DNA of 64,000 nucleotides from assembly GCA_964535335.1 (NCBI GenBank), contig CAZHUU010000001.1:6563-70562 (forward strand), written 5' to 3'. A program made the position numbers and the translations under genes. Below the pieces are notes generated by a model. The model saw only the letters and a list, made by a program, of their open reading frames with translations, was not told the DNA's origin and searched no databases. Each line of letters begins with the position of its first letter. The first letter of the stretch is position 1. This document shows positions 29,476 through 39,222 of this stretch, in pieces. Source of the stretch: an uncultured Mycobacterium sp. (GTDB lineage: Bacteria > Actinomycetota > Actinomycetes > Mycobacteriales > Mycobacteriaceae).

Positions 29476-30418
29476 CCGGCCTCCCGTTGACGACGTTGAC
29501 CAGGTCCTGACCGTCCCGCAACCGGCGGCAGTTGTCCACCGCTTCGATGAGGTAGCGCCGCATGGTGTCCACGGTGTACCAGGTGACGTGCGGGGTCAGC
29601 ACGACATTGTCCAGCCGCAGCAGCGGGTTGTCGGTGCTGACCGGTTCGACCGCGAACACGTCGAGGCCCGCGCCGGCCAGCCGCCCGTCGCACAGCGCAT
29701 CGACAAGCGCCGCCTCGTCCACTACCCCGCCGCGAGAAGTGTTGACCAGCACCGCCTCGGGGCGCATCAGGTCCAGTGCGGCCCGATTGATCAATTCGGC
29801 GGTGTCGGCGGTCAGCGGCAGGTGCAGGCTGACGATCTCGCTTTGCGCGAGCAGGTCGGGCAGGGATCGCCAGTCTCGGGTGCCGTCATCGGAGGTGCTG
29901 GTGTGCAGCACGGTCGCACCCATCGCCCGCAGGATCTGTTCGACGCGTTTGGCGATGTTGCCGTATCCGACGAGGCCCACCGTGCAACTTCCGATGTCCC
30001 GTACGGTCTCGCCCAGGCTGGCATCGGACGGCCAGCCGCGGCCGTCGCGGATCGCCCGGTCCAGTATCGGTAGCCGGCGCAGCACCGCCAGCATCAGTAG
30101 CACCGCGCCCTCGGCCACTGACGGCGCATTGGCGCCGGGCATGTTGGCGACCGCGATCCCGAGTTCGGTGGCCGTCTCGACGTCGATGGTGTTGACCCCG
30201 GCGCCGAGTTTGTGCACCAGGCGAAGTCGCGGTCCCCGTCGAAGGTCGGCACCTGACAGCGGGCGAAGCACATGCCAGAGCACCTCAGCCTCGGGTAGTT
30301 CGCGGTGCAGGGTGTCGTCGTCGTCCTCGTGACACCAGCGCACATCGAGCCAATCCGCCTCCGGGGAAACGATTTCCAGCACCGGATCACCGGGCAGGAA
30401 GTGGGCCAGAACTTTCAC
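29453..30418 (-). CDS. D-isomer-specific 2-hydroxyacid dehydrogenase
   Basis: GYGNI, NTSRG, LDVF..EP, TPHV; GTGA overlap with the upstream stop. Confidence 0.9.
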   Translation of the reverse strand: MKVLAHFLPGDPVLEIVSPEADWLDVRWCHEDDDDTLHRELPEAEVLWHVLRPLSGADLRRGPRLRLVHKLGAGVNTIDVETATELGIAVANMPGANAPSVAEGAVLLMLAVLRRLPILDRAIRDGRGWPSDASLGETVRDIGSCTVGLVGYGNIAKRVEQILRAMGATVLHTSTSDDGTRDWRSLPDLLAQSEIVSLHLPLTADTAELINRAALDLMRPEAVLVNTSRGGVVDEAALVDALCDGRLAGAGLDVFAVEPVSTDNPLLRLDNVVLTPHVTWYTVDTMRRYLIEAVDNCRRLRDGQDLVNVVNGRPDVRRTDE

Positions 30419-31536
30419 CGCCACCGCTTGGCGATCCACTTCGCGATGGTGTCGGCCTGCTCGGAGCGGGCACCCGGGGTGGTGAAGTAGTGGTCGGTGT
30501 CGATCGAGCACATCGTCTTGTCGGTGCTCGCCAGGGCATCGAAGATCCGCTTGGCGTCCGAGGGGAACACACCGGTGTCCTGCTCGGCGTTGATCACCAA
30601 TGAGGGGCAGGTGATGCGGGCCAGATGTGGTTCGGCCCGGGTCTGGGCCACCTTGAGGCTCCACATGCCCAGCCAGCCACGCAGCGTGCAGGACGCGGCG
30701 ATACCGTTCGCGGAACGGTTGGCCTTCACCGGTTCGCCGGCGTAGCAGAGGTTGGGTTGGCGTTTGGTGGGCTCGATGGTCGGGTCCACCATGCGCGGGT
30801 CGGCCCAGGTCCGCATCACGGTGAAGGGCCGATCGGAGAAGCCGGCCGCGCGGACCCGTTTGAGTTCGGTCTCGGCCCAGTCGGTGATCGCATGGTTGCG
30901 CGCGATCTGGGCGGCGCGGTAGCGCGCGACGAAGTCGGTCGAGAAGGGCGGTCCGTTGCGTTCGTCGAACAGATCGAGATCCGGATCGCTGGTCACCGGG
31001 TCGTTCTCGTCGACCACCGCGGCGTCCATCCACGCGGTCAACACCTCCGGCCGGCCGGGATGTGCCGCGCTCGCGATATAACCGTCCGCGGGTGGAAGAT
31101 CGGCCAGGCCGGCGGCGGGCCGCAGGCCGTCCAATGGGATGACAGTGGGATCGACGGCCTGCGACTGGTAGGCGGCCATCAGCGAACCGCCACCCGAATT
31201 TCCAAGCAGCACAACGGTGTCCACACCCTGGATCTCGCGCAGCCACCGCACTCCCACGCCGATGTCCACCAGGGCGTGGTCGAGCAGGAAGCTGCTCTCG
31301 AAGCCGCGGAAGCGGGTGTTCCAGCCCAGGAAGCCGATGCCGCGGGTGGCCAGGTAGTCGGCGATGTAATGCTCGGAGAAGTCGATCTGGTAGTGCGTGG
31401 CGATCACCGCCACCTTCGGCTTGCGGCCCACCCCGCGGTGGTACAGGCCCTGGCAGGGGTGCCCGCCGGCCCCGGCGCGGCGGGCGGTCGGCGACGACAT
31501 CCCGATGAACTCACGAATGACCCCGGGCGTTGGCAT
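30415..31536 (-). CDS. Alpha/beta hydrolase, Rv0272c orthologue
   Basis: GNSGG nucleophile, terminal DHYF; synteny. Confidence 0.85.
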   Translation of the reverse strand: MPTPGVIREFIGMSSPTARRAGAGGHPCQGLYHRGVGRKPKVAVIATHYQIDFSEHYIADYLATRGIGFLGWNTRFRGFESSFLLDHALVDIGVGVRWLREIQGVDTVVLLGNSGGGSLMAAYQSQAVDPTVIPLDGLRPAAGLADLPPADGYIASAAHPGRPEVLTAWMDAAVVDENDPVTSDPDLDLFDERNGPPFSTDFVARYRAAQIARNHAITDWAETELKRVRAAGFSDRPFTVMRTWADPRMVDPTIEPTKRQPNLCYAGEPVKANRSANGIAASCTLRGWLGMWSLKVAQTRAEPHLARITCPSLVINAEQDTGVFPSDAKRIFDALASTDKTMCSIDTDHYFTTPGARSEQADTIAKWIAKRWR

Positions 31537-31546
31537 GTGCTTCGGT

Positions 31547-31600
31547 GGCCTCCTCGGTGCGCGTCGCTCGCTTGACGATATTCGCCGGGGGCGGGATGCA
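31547..31600 (-). pseudogene. Scar of the Rv0273c-type TetR (C-terminal helix only)
   Basis: CIPPPANIVKRATRTEEA has the same spacing as the recalled Rv0273c end CIQTLANIYYRAIYSKE, at the syntenic site and on the expected strand. Confidence 0.55.
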
Positions 31601-31687
31601 CGGGTAGATCCGGACAGGTTTTCCGGTTGCTGAATCAAGCATTTGACCGGGGCGATCAGCGGATTGCGGAGTGTTAGGTTCAGAACC

Positions 31688-32266
31688 ATGGTCAGGCCGA
31701 ACTTCACCAACACCGAGTTCGAACTCGGCGGGATCAACCACGTCGCAATGGTGTGCTCTGACATGGAACGCACCGTGGACTTCTACACCAACGTGCTCGG
31801 CATGCCGCTGATCAAGGCGATCGACCTGCCCGACGGCATGGGCCAGCACTTCTTCTTCGACGCCGGCAACGGCGACTGCGTGGCGTTCTTCTGGTTCACC
31901 GAGGCGCCGGACGGCGAGGTGGGCAGCACGCTTCCCGCCGCGCTACCCGGCCTGGGGTCGATCATCAGCGCGGTGGGCTCGATGAACCACCTGGCGTTCA
32001 ATGTCCCCGAGGAGAAGTTCGACGAGTACCGGCAGCGACTGAAGGCCAAGGGCGTCAAGCTCGGACCGGTGCTCAACCACGATATGAGCCCGTCACAGGT
32101 GTCGGCCAAACTGTATCCCGGGGTGTACGTCCGGTCGTTCTACTTCACCGACCCGGACGGCATCGTGCTGGAGTTCGCCTGCTGGACGAAAGAATTCACC
32201 GACGAGCCGAAGGCCAGGCCCAAGACCGCCGCGGACCGTAGGCCGCGGGTGCCCGCGACTCGCTAG
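31688..32266 (+). CDS. VOC/glyoxalase family protein, Rv0274 orthologue
   Basis: GINHVA, MNHLAF, SFYFTDPDGIVLE. Confidence 0.88.
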   Translation: MVRPNFTNTEFELGGINHVAMVCSDMERTVDFYTNVLGMPLIKAIDLPDGMGQHFFFDAGNGDCVAFFWFTEAPDGEVGSTLPAALPGLGSIISAVGSMNHLAFNVPEEKFDEYRQRLKAKGVKLGPVLNHDMSPSQVSAKLYPGVYVRSFYFTDPDGIVLEFACWTKEFTDEPKARPKTAADRRPRVPATR

Positions 32267-32883
32267 GCGCGGAAGTTCCGCGGATCCGTCAGGACGTCGA
32301 CGATGGCGGCGAGTTGATCGACGAGTTCGTCGGCGGACAGCCCGACGTCCCCGGCCAGCCAGCCGCTGATCGTCTGGCCGACACCACCAACGACGAAGTG
32401 CGCGGACGCCTTGATCCGCTCGTTGGCCGGGCGGTTCAGCGTCGTCTCGGCGTGCTGGCCGCCCAGCATGGCGAAAAGTGGACCGAGCTGCTCGCGCTTG
32501 CGGACCACCGTCGAGTTGAACTGCTGTGCCCCGAACAGCAAGCGGCCCACCCGCGGATCGCGTTCGATGGTGCGCACGATGCTCGCGATACCGGCCCGGT
32601 TCTGCTCGGCGGCAGGGGCGGTGGCCACCGCGGCCTGGATCGTGACGGCCAACTCGGCCACCACCCAGTCGAAGACCGCGGCGACGAACTCGTCCTTGTC
32701 GACGAAGCTCTCGTAGAAGTAGCGGGTGGCGACGCCGCCCTGACGGCAGATGCCCCGCACGGTGAGCTCGGCGGGGTCCTGGCTGTTGCCCAGTAGCTCC
32801 AGGCCGGCGTCGAGGAGGCCGGCCCGGCGCCGGGCCAGCCGGTCGGCGGCATCCACCCCGCCATAGGGCCGCGCCTGCGTCAT
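32263..32883 (-). CDS. TetR regulator, Rv0275c orthologue
   Basis: RPYGGV..RR, RYFYESF. Confidence 0.88.
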   Translation of the reverse strand: MTQARPYGGVDAADRLARRRAGLLDAGLELLGNSQDPAELTVRGICRQGGVATRYFYESFVDKDEFVAAVFDWVVAELAVTIQAAVATAPAAEQNRAGIASIVRTIERDPRVGRLLFGAQQFNSTVVRKREQLGPLFAMLGGQHAETTLNRPANERIKASAHFVVGGVGQTISGWLAGDVGLSADELVDQLAAIVDVLTDPRNFRA

Positions 32884-32961
32884 CTCGTCATCTTGACACC
32901 GGCACCCGACGGCGGCAATATCAGGAAACGGACGTTGTCAGATTATTGCGGATGAGGGGCA

Positions 32962-33861
32962 GTGACGATCAGCGAACCGATCAGCCAGGTCGAACGCGCG
33001 GTGAGCGCGCCGCCGCTCGATGACGCCCGCCGGCAGCCGAGGCGTCGCCGCCCGGCGAACGACGGCCTGCTGGGTGTTGCCCTGCTGGCCGGGCCCGCCA
33101 ACGTGATCATGGAACTCGCTCGCCCGGGCGTCGGCTACGGCGTCATGGAGAGCCGGGTCGAAAGCGGCCGGGCGGACCGGCACCCGATCAAGCGCGCCCG
33201 CACCACCTTCACCTATCTCGCGGTTGCCAGGCGCGGCACCGACGAGCAGAAGAAGGCCTACGGCCGCGCCGTCAGCGGATCGCACGCCCAGGTCTACTCG
33301 ACTCCGGACAGCCCGGTCGCGTACAACGCCTTCGACAAAGACCTGCAGTTGTGGGTCGCCGCCTGCCTCTACAAGGGTGGTGTCGACGTCTATCGAATCT
33401 TCATCGGCGAGATGGATGACGAGACGGCCGACCAGTTCTACTGGGAGGCCCGGACGCTGGCCACCACGCTGCAGGTGCCCGAGAAGATGTGGCCCGCTGA
33501 CCGCGCGGCCTTCGACAGGTACTGGCAGGAGTCGCTGGGGAAGGTGCACATCGACGACGCGGTCCGGGAGTACCTGTACCCGATCGCGGTCTCCCGGATC
33601 CGCGGCGCCCGGTTGCCGGGTCCGATCCAGCGGGCCATCGAGCAACTGAACCTGCTGATCACCAGCGGCTTCCTGCCGCAGAAGTTCCGCGACGAGATGC
33701 GCTTCGAGTGGGACGCCGACAGGCAGCGGCGCTTCGATCGACTGATGGGGGCGATTCGCTTCGCCAACAACCTGGCACCGCGGTTCGTGCAGGAGTTTCC
33801 GTTCAATCTCGTGCTGCGCGACCTCGATTGGCGGATGCGGACCGGCCGCCCGCTGGTCTGA
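32962..33861 (+). CDS. MpaB/DUF2236 oxygenase-family protein, Rv0276 orthologue
   Basis: RARTTFTYL, YNAFDKDLQLWVAACL, WPADRAAFDRYW. Confidence 0.87.
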   Translation: MTISEPISQVERAVSAPPLDDARRQPRRRRPANDGLLGVALLAGPANVIMELARPGVGYGVMESRVESGRADRHPIKRARTTFTYLAVARRGTDEQKKAYGRAVSGSHAQVYSTPDSPVAYNAFDKDLQLWVAACLYKGGVDVYRIFIGEMDDETADQFYWEARTLATTLQVPEKMWPADRAAFDRYWQESLGKVHIDDAVREYLYPIAVSRIRGARLPGPIQRAIEQLNLLITSGFLPQKFRDEMRFEWDADRQRRFDRLMGAIRFANNLAPRFVQEFPFNLVLRDLDWRMRTGRPLV

Positions 33862-33894
33862 GTCCTGCCAGGATCGGCGCGTACCCTCGCGAAC

Positions 33895-34791
33895 GTGCGT
33901 AGCGACAACGACACCTGGGACATCACCACCAGCGTCGGATCGACGGCACTGTTCGTCGCCGCCGCGAGGGCACTCGAGGCACAGAAACCCGAACCACTGG
34001 CCGTCGATCCATACGCGGACGTGTTCTGCCGGGCGGCCGGCGGCCAATGGGCCGACGTTCTGGACGGCAAGGCGCCCGAGCATGCGCTCAAGGCGCCCGG
34101 CTTCGGCGATGCCTTCGTCAACTTCCAGGGGGCACGCACGCGCTACTTCGACGCCTACTTCCACGAGGTGGCCGCAGCGGGCGTGCGCCAGATCGTGATG
34201 CTCGCCGCGGGCCTGGATTCGCGGGCGTTCCGGCTGGACTGGGCCGACGGAACCGTGGTGTACGAAGTCGACCAGCCGCAGGTGTTGGAGTTCAAACGCC
34301 AAGTTCTTGCAGCGCACGGAGCGCAGGCCCGCGCCGAGCGCCGCGAGGTGGCTGTCGACCTTCGTCATGACTGGTCGGAGGCGCTGCGTGACAGCGGATT
34401 TCGCCCCGATAGGCCGTCCGCCTGGATCGTCGAGGGACTACTCGTCTATCTCACCGGTGCCGCTCAGGCCCAGCTGTTCAGTGGCATCGACTCGCTGGCC
34501 GCTCCGGGTAGTCACGCCGGTATCGAGGAGGGGACCCCGATGGATCGGGAGGCGTTCGCGGTCAAACGCGAGGCGGCCAAGGAGTTGCCCGGTCATCAGG
34601 GGGAGTGGTGGCAGATGATCTACAACGAACAGCATGCCCCTGCAGCGCAGTGGTTTTCGGAGCGCGGGTGGACGGCCGTCGAAACGGCGTTGAGAAGCTA
34701 CCTGCTCTCGAACGGGCGGGCCCTACCGGACGGTGCGGAGGAGTCGACGATGATCGACAGCGTCCGACTGGTACACGCCGTCAAGAACTGA
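33895..34791 (+). CDS. SAM-dependent methyltransferase, Rv0281 orthologue
   Basis: [32 protein letters not shown]. Confidence 0.9.
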   Translation: MRSDNDTWDITTSVGSTALFVAAARALEAQKPEPLAVDPYADVFCRAAGGQWADVLDGKAPEHALKAPGFGDAFVNFQGARTRYFDAYFHEVAAAGVRQIVMLAAGLDSRAFRLDWADGTVVYEVDQPQVLEFKRQVLAAHGAQARAERREVAVDLRHDWSEALRDSGFRPDRPSAWIVEGLLVYLTGAAQAQLFSGIDSLAAPGSHAGIEEGTPMDREAFAVKREAAKELPGHQGEWWQMIYNEQHAPAAQWFSERGWTAVETALRSYLLSNGRALPDGAEESTMIDSVRLVHAVKN

Positions 34792-35992
34792 GGCGCGCCT
34801 CCTCCCGATCCCACATGAACGGGCGCAGGAAGCGATTGGTGCGGCGCAGGTACTCCGGCTGACTCACGTGCAGAATGTGGTTGCCCGGGAACCAGTGCAG
34901 CGCACAATGATCCCAGTGTTCCCAGAGCGCTTCGGCCTGGTCCGGCGGGGCCAGCCGATCACCGAGGCCGGTGATGATCAGCCGTCGGTCCTTGGGCACC
35001 AACGGCCGGTAGTTCAGCGGACAGTGGTAGGCCGAGGCCGCGGTGGAATCCTCCCGGCTCACGCCGCCGGCGTTTCGCCCCAGCGACACCAGCTTGTTGG
35101 CCGGCCACCAGTCGTCGAACGCCGACTCGGGGGTCACCACCGGCACATTGGGGATCACGGCCTCCAACCGGTCATCCACCGACGCCACCAGTGCCGAGGT
35201 GTAGCCGCCGAGCGACATGCCGGTGAGCGCCATCCGGTCCACCCCGGTGTGCTGCAGCCAGTCCAGCACGGAACGGAAGTCGTGCACGGCCTGTGCCATG
35301 GTCTCGGCGAAGCCGGCCATACCCTGGGAGAAGAACCCGTATCCGCTGAAGGGCGAACCCTTTTCGGCCCGCCTCCCGTGGAAGGGCAGCGTGTACAGCA
35401 CGACGTCGTAGCCGGTGCGGTAGAACCAGGGCAAGGCGAAGAACAGCCCGTTGAACAGGTACGCCGAACCCATGAAACCGTGGATCACGCATAGCGTCGG
35501 CCGCGGTCCGTCGCCGTGTCGCCAGTGCTGGGCCCACACGACGTTGTTGCGTTCCAACCGTTTCCATTGCTCGCGCATGTCGGGGTTGACCGGCTCGAAG
35601 CTGCTCTGGAACGAGATGTTGTGGACGTTGCCGTGCGCGATGTACTCGGCGATCGGGTTGGCCGGGCGACTGGATACTTCCGGAACCCGGGTGGGCGCGG
35701 GAAAGGACAGCGCAGGATCGTGGTGGGCCGCGAGATCGGCGTAGAACTCGAGGTTCTTGCGTTCGCGCTTCAGGTTCGAGCCGCGAACCAGTCCGGCCGC
35801 GACCGTCGGCAGCATGCTCGCACCGACCAGGGATGCGATCGCGGTGCGCAGGCCCAGGTCGGCGATCGCCGAGGTGTCGACGATGGCGCGCTGCAGCAGT
35901 GTGAGATCGGACCTGCTGGGCAGACCGCCGCGGCCGGCGTCCGCGCCGGGCACATCGGGCATCGGAATGGGCATGTCGGCGTTCGACGTCAT
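34781..35992 (-). CDS. Alpha/beta hydrolase, Rv0293c orthologue
   Basis: HGFMG, GMSLG, DRL, GNH; divergent from tam as in Mtb. Confidence 0.87.
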   Translation of the reverse strand: MTSNADMPIPMPDVPGADAGRGGLPSRSDLTLLQRAIVDTSAIADLGLRTAIASLVGASMLPTVAAGLVRGSNLKRERKNLEFYADLAAHHDPALSFPAPTRVPEVSSRPANPIAEYIAHGNVHNISFQSSFEPVNPDMREQWKRLERNNVVWAQHWRHGDGPRPTLCVIHGFMGSAYLFNGLFFALPWFYRTGYDVVLYTLPFHGRRAEKGSPFSGYGFFSQGMAGFAETMAQAVHDFRSVLDWLQHTGVDRMALTGMSLGGYTSALVASVDDRLEAVIPNVPVVTPESAFDDWWPANKLVSLGRNAGGVSREDSTAASAYHCPLNYRPLVPKDRRLIITGLGDRLAPPDQAEALWEHWDHCALHWFPGNHILHVSQPEYLRRTNRFLRPFMWDREEARLSS

Positions 35993-36072
35993 CGTCGGGC
36001 GGCCTTTCCGGGCGGCTGCGGGGGCTCGATCGCCCCCTACCGGGATGCTAGCCGTTGTGGTGAGGTAGCCGG

Positions 36073-36846
36073 GTGTGGAACCCACAGACCTATCTGGCGT
36101 TCGCCGATCAGCGTGCCCGCCCGTTCTTCGACCTGCTCGCTCGGGTGGGTGCCGAGTCGCCGCGCCGGGTGGTGGACCTCGGTTGCGGGCCCGGCAATTT
36201 GACCGAGCAACTCATCCGTCGCTGGCCGGATGCGGTCGTCGAGGCATGGGACAGCTCGGCGGCGATGGCGACCGCCGCCCGCGAGCGCGGCATCGACGCC
36301 CAGGTCGGCGATGTGCGCGCCTGGGTTCCGGGCCCGGAGACAGATGTCCTGCTCAGCAACGCCACCCTGCAATGGATCCCCGAGCACACCGATCTGCTGA
36401 TGCGCTGGGCCGGTCAGCTCGAGCCCGGTGCCTGGATCGCCGTGCAGGTGCCGGGCAACTTCGAGGAGCCGTCACACGCCTCGATCCGGGTCCTCGCCGA
36501 CCGGGAGCCCTGGTCGGAATGGTTGCAGGACATCCCGTTTCGCACGGGCACCGTCGTCGAGTCCCCGGCGCGCTACGCCGAACTGCTCACCGATGCCGGG
36601 TGCAGCGTCGATGCGTGGGAGAGCACCTACATCCACGAGCTGAGCGGTGAGCAGCCGGTGTTGAACTGGATCACCGGCACCGCACTGACCCCGGTGCGGG
36701 ACCGGCTCACCGATCAGCAGTGGCATCGGTTCCGGGCGGAACTGGCACCGATGTTGGACGCGGCCTACCCCGTCCGTCCCGACGGTCGCACGTTCTTCCC
36801 GTTCCGGCGGATATTCGTCGTCGCCCGGGTCGGCTCAGACCGATAG
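36073..36846 (+). CDS. tam: Trans-aconitate 2-methyltransferase (Rv0294)
   Basis: [30 protein letters not shown]. Confidence 0.93.
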   Translation: MWNPQTYLAFADQRARPFFDLLARVGAESPRRVVDLGCGPGNLTEQLIRRWPDAVVEAWDSSAAMATAARERGIDAQVGDVRAWVPGPETDVLLSNATLQWIPEHTDLLMRWAGQLEPGAWIAVQVPGNFEEPSHASIRVLADREPWSEWLQDIPFRTGTVVESPARYAELLTDAGCSVDAWESTYIHELSGEQPVLNWITGTALTPVRDRLTDQQWHRFRAELAPMLDAAYPVRPDGRTFFPFRRIFVVARVGSDR

Positions 36847-36856
36847 CCCTTGGCGC

Positions 36857-37732
36857 TCAGTCGCCTTCGCCGGCCAGCGCGAACCTGCCGTCCACGGTCT
36901 GCTCCACCAACCCGTCCACCAGCAGGGAGTCCAGTGCACGGTCGCGCTGCGGGGTATCGGTCAACCAGACCACGTCGAGTTGCGCGCGCTCTACCGGGCT
37001 CGAGCTCGCCCGCAGCACATCGAGCAGCCTGCCGCGCACCTGCCGGTCGGTGCCCGCGTAGCGCTGCGCCGGGCGCGCGGCCGTGGTCGCCGGCGGATAC
37101 CCGGCGGCCCGCCACGCGCACACACTGAGCGGACAGCTGCCGCACTTGGGTGACCGGGCGGTGCACACGGTTGCACCCAGTTCCATCAGCGCCGCGGAGA
37201 ACACCGGGGCGGTGCCGTCGTCGGGCAGCAGCGCCGCGACATCGGCGTGGTCGCGAACGGCCGACGCACTGCCCGCGTCCGCCCGCCCGTGCACCGAGCG
37301 CGCCACCACCCGGCGCACATTGGTGTCCACCACCGGCACCGCCTTCTGGTAGGCGAAGCAGGCCACCGCGCGGGCGGTGTAGGCGCCCACCCCGGGCAGG
37401 GTCAGCAGGGTGTCCACATCGTCGGGCACCACGTCGGCGTGGTCGGTGGCGATCGCCGTCGCGCACTCGTGCAGCCGCTTCGCCCGGCGCGGGTAACCGA
37501 GCTTGCCCCAGGCGCGCAGGACATCGGCCGCACCGGCCGCGGCCGTCGCCGAGGGTGTGGGCCAGCGGGCCACCCACTCCAGCCAGATCGGCGCCACCCG
37601 GGCGACCGGGGTCTGCTGCAACATGAACTCGCTGACCAGGATCTGCCATGCCGTCACCCCCGGCGCCCGCCACGGCAGGTCGCGTCGGGCTCGCCCGTAC
37701 CACCCGATCAATTCGCCGGCCGGGATGCTCAC
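36857..37732 (-). CDS. mutY: A/G-specific adenine glycosylase
   Basis: RDLPWR, SEFMLQQT, HhH LPGVGAYT, VDTNV, CTARSPKCGSCPLSVC 4Fe-4S motif. Confidence 0.93.
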   Translation of the reverse strand: MSIPAGELIGWYGRARRDLPWRAPGVTAWQILVSEFMLQQTPVARVAPIWLEWVARWPTPSATAAAGAADVLRAWGKLGYPRRAKRLHECATAIATDHADVVPDDVDTLLTLPGVGAYTARAVACFAYQKAVPVVDTNVRRVVARSVHGRADAGSASAVRDHADVAALLPDDGTAPVFSAALMELGATVCTARSPKCGSCPLSVCAWRAAGYPPATTAARPAQRYAGTDRQVRGRLLDVLRASSSPVERAQLDVVWLTDTPQRDRALDSLLVDGLVEQTVDGRFALAGEGD

Positions 37733-37769
37733 GGCATGCCGTCCGGGTCGGCAGGGCACAATGGGGGCC

Positions 37770-38387
37770 ATGCCCAACACCAGTCCTGCGACAGCTTGGA
37801 AGGCACTCAAGGAGGGTAACGAGCGATTCGTCGCCGGCAAGCCCGAGCATCCGAGCCAGAGCATCGAGCATCGGGCCAGCCTGGCCGGTGAGCAACGCCC
37901 GACCGCGGTGGTGTTCGGTTGCGCCGACAGCCGGGTGGCCGCCGAGATCATCTTCGATCAGGGTCTGGGCGACATGTTCGTCGTCCGCACCGCAGGCCAC
38001 GTCATCGACGCCGCCGTCCTGGGATCGATCGAATACGCGGTCGTCGTGCTCAACGTGCCGTTGATCGCCGTCCTCGGCCACGACAGTTGCGGTGCGGTGA
38101 AGGCCACCATCTCCGCGCTCGATGAGGGCCAGGTGCCGGCCGGGTTCGTTCGCGATGTCGTCGAGCGGGTCACGCCGTCGATTCTGCTGGGACGGCGGGA
38201 CGGGCTGACCCGGGTCGACGAGTTCGAGGCCCGCCACGTCACCGAGACCGCGGCCCAGCTCATGGCCCGCTCGACGGCCATCGCCGACCGGGTCAAGGCG
38301 GGCGAACTCGCCATCGTGGGCCTGACCTATCACCTCGCCGACGGCAAGGTTGGGCTGCGCAAGCACATCGGCGACATCGGCGAATAG
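37770..38387 (+). CDS. canB: Beta-carbonic anhydrase (Rv3588c)
   Basis: GNERF, CADSR, HDSCGA. Confidence 0.93.
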   Translation: MPNTSPATAWKALKEGNERFVAGKPEHPSQSIEHRASLAGEQRPTAVVFGCADSRVAAEIIFDQGLGDMFVVRTAGHVIDAAVLGSIEYAVVVLNVPLIAVLGHDSCGAVKATISALDEGQVPAGFVRDVVERVTPSILLGRRDGLTRVDEFEARHVTETAAQLMARSTAIADRVKAGELAIVGLTYHLADGKVGLRKHIGDIGE

Positions 38388-38466
38388 TTCACATCCGGCT
38401 GGTTAACAAGGCGACACGCCGAGCCGGGTCGGACATCTGGCGGTGACCTGGCCTTACCGTGGAACC

Positions 38467-39213
38467 GTGCTGGATCTTGAACCGCATGGCCCGCTGCCCA
38501 CGCAAATCTATTGGCGACGCCGAGGACTGGCGCTGGGCATCGCCGTGCTGGTCATCGGCATCATCGCCGCCATAGCCTTCACCGTGTTCAGTGGCTCCGA
38601 CTCGAAGAGCAGCGTCAAGACCGACGCCGCAGCCAGCCAGGTTCCGCAGCCGGAGAACAAGACACCCGTTGTCGCCCCGCCGCCCGCCGCCTCGATTCCG
38701 CCGCCGACCCCGACGGCCACCGAGGCGGTGCAGCCGCCGCCGGTTCTCAAGGAGGGGGACGACTGCCCCGACTCCGCCCTGGCGGTCAAGGGCATCACCA
38801 ATCAGCCGCAGTACGTCATCGGCGATCAGCCGAAGTTCACCATGGTGGTCACCAACATCGGCCTGGTGGCGTGCAAGCGTGACGTCGGTGCGGCGGTGCT
38901 TGCCGCCTATGTGTACTCGCTGGACAACAAGCGGCTGTGGTCCAATCTGGACTGCGCCCCGTCCAACGAGACGCTGGTCAAGACCTTCAACCCCGGTGAG
39001 CAGGTGACCACCGAGGTCACCTGGACCGGGATGGGGTCGGCGCCGCAGTGCCCGTTGCCCCGGCAGCCGATCGGTGCGGGCACCTACAACCTGGTGGTCC
39101 AGTTGGGCAATCTGCGGTCGGCGGCGGTGCCGTTCGTCCTCTCCGATGCCCCACCGCCGGCGCCGGAGGCACCCGCGGGTGAAGCGCCGCCGGCCCCCGC
39201 ACCGGGGAACTGA
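38467..39213 (+). CDS. Conserved membrane protein, Rv3587c orthologue
   Basis: GPLPTQIYWRRR followed by a TM helix; WSNLDC; synteny. Confidence 0.88.
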   Translation: MLDLEPHGPLPTQIYWRRRGLALGIAVLVIGIIAAIAFTVFSGSDSKSSVKTDAAASQVPQPENKTPVVAPPPAASIPPPTPTATEAVQPPPVLKEGDDCPDSALAVKGITNQPQYVIGDQPKFTMVVTNIGLVACKRDVGAAVLAAYVYSLDNKRLWSNLDCAPSNETLVKTFNPGEQVTTEVTWTGMGSAPQCPLPRQPIGAGTYNLVVQLGNLRSAAVPFVLSDAPPPAPEAPAGEAPPAPAPGN

Positions 39214-39222
39214 CCCCGGCCG

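Noticed and set aside
29453-31246. 597-aa ORF suggesting a fusion or frameshift
   Set aside because: The real gene starts at 30418 with a GTGA overlap; the extension is just an open alternate frame of the upstream hydrolase
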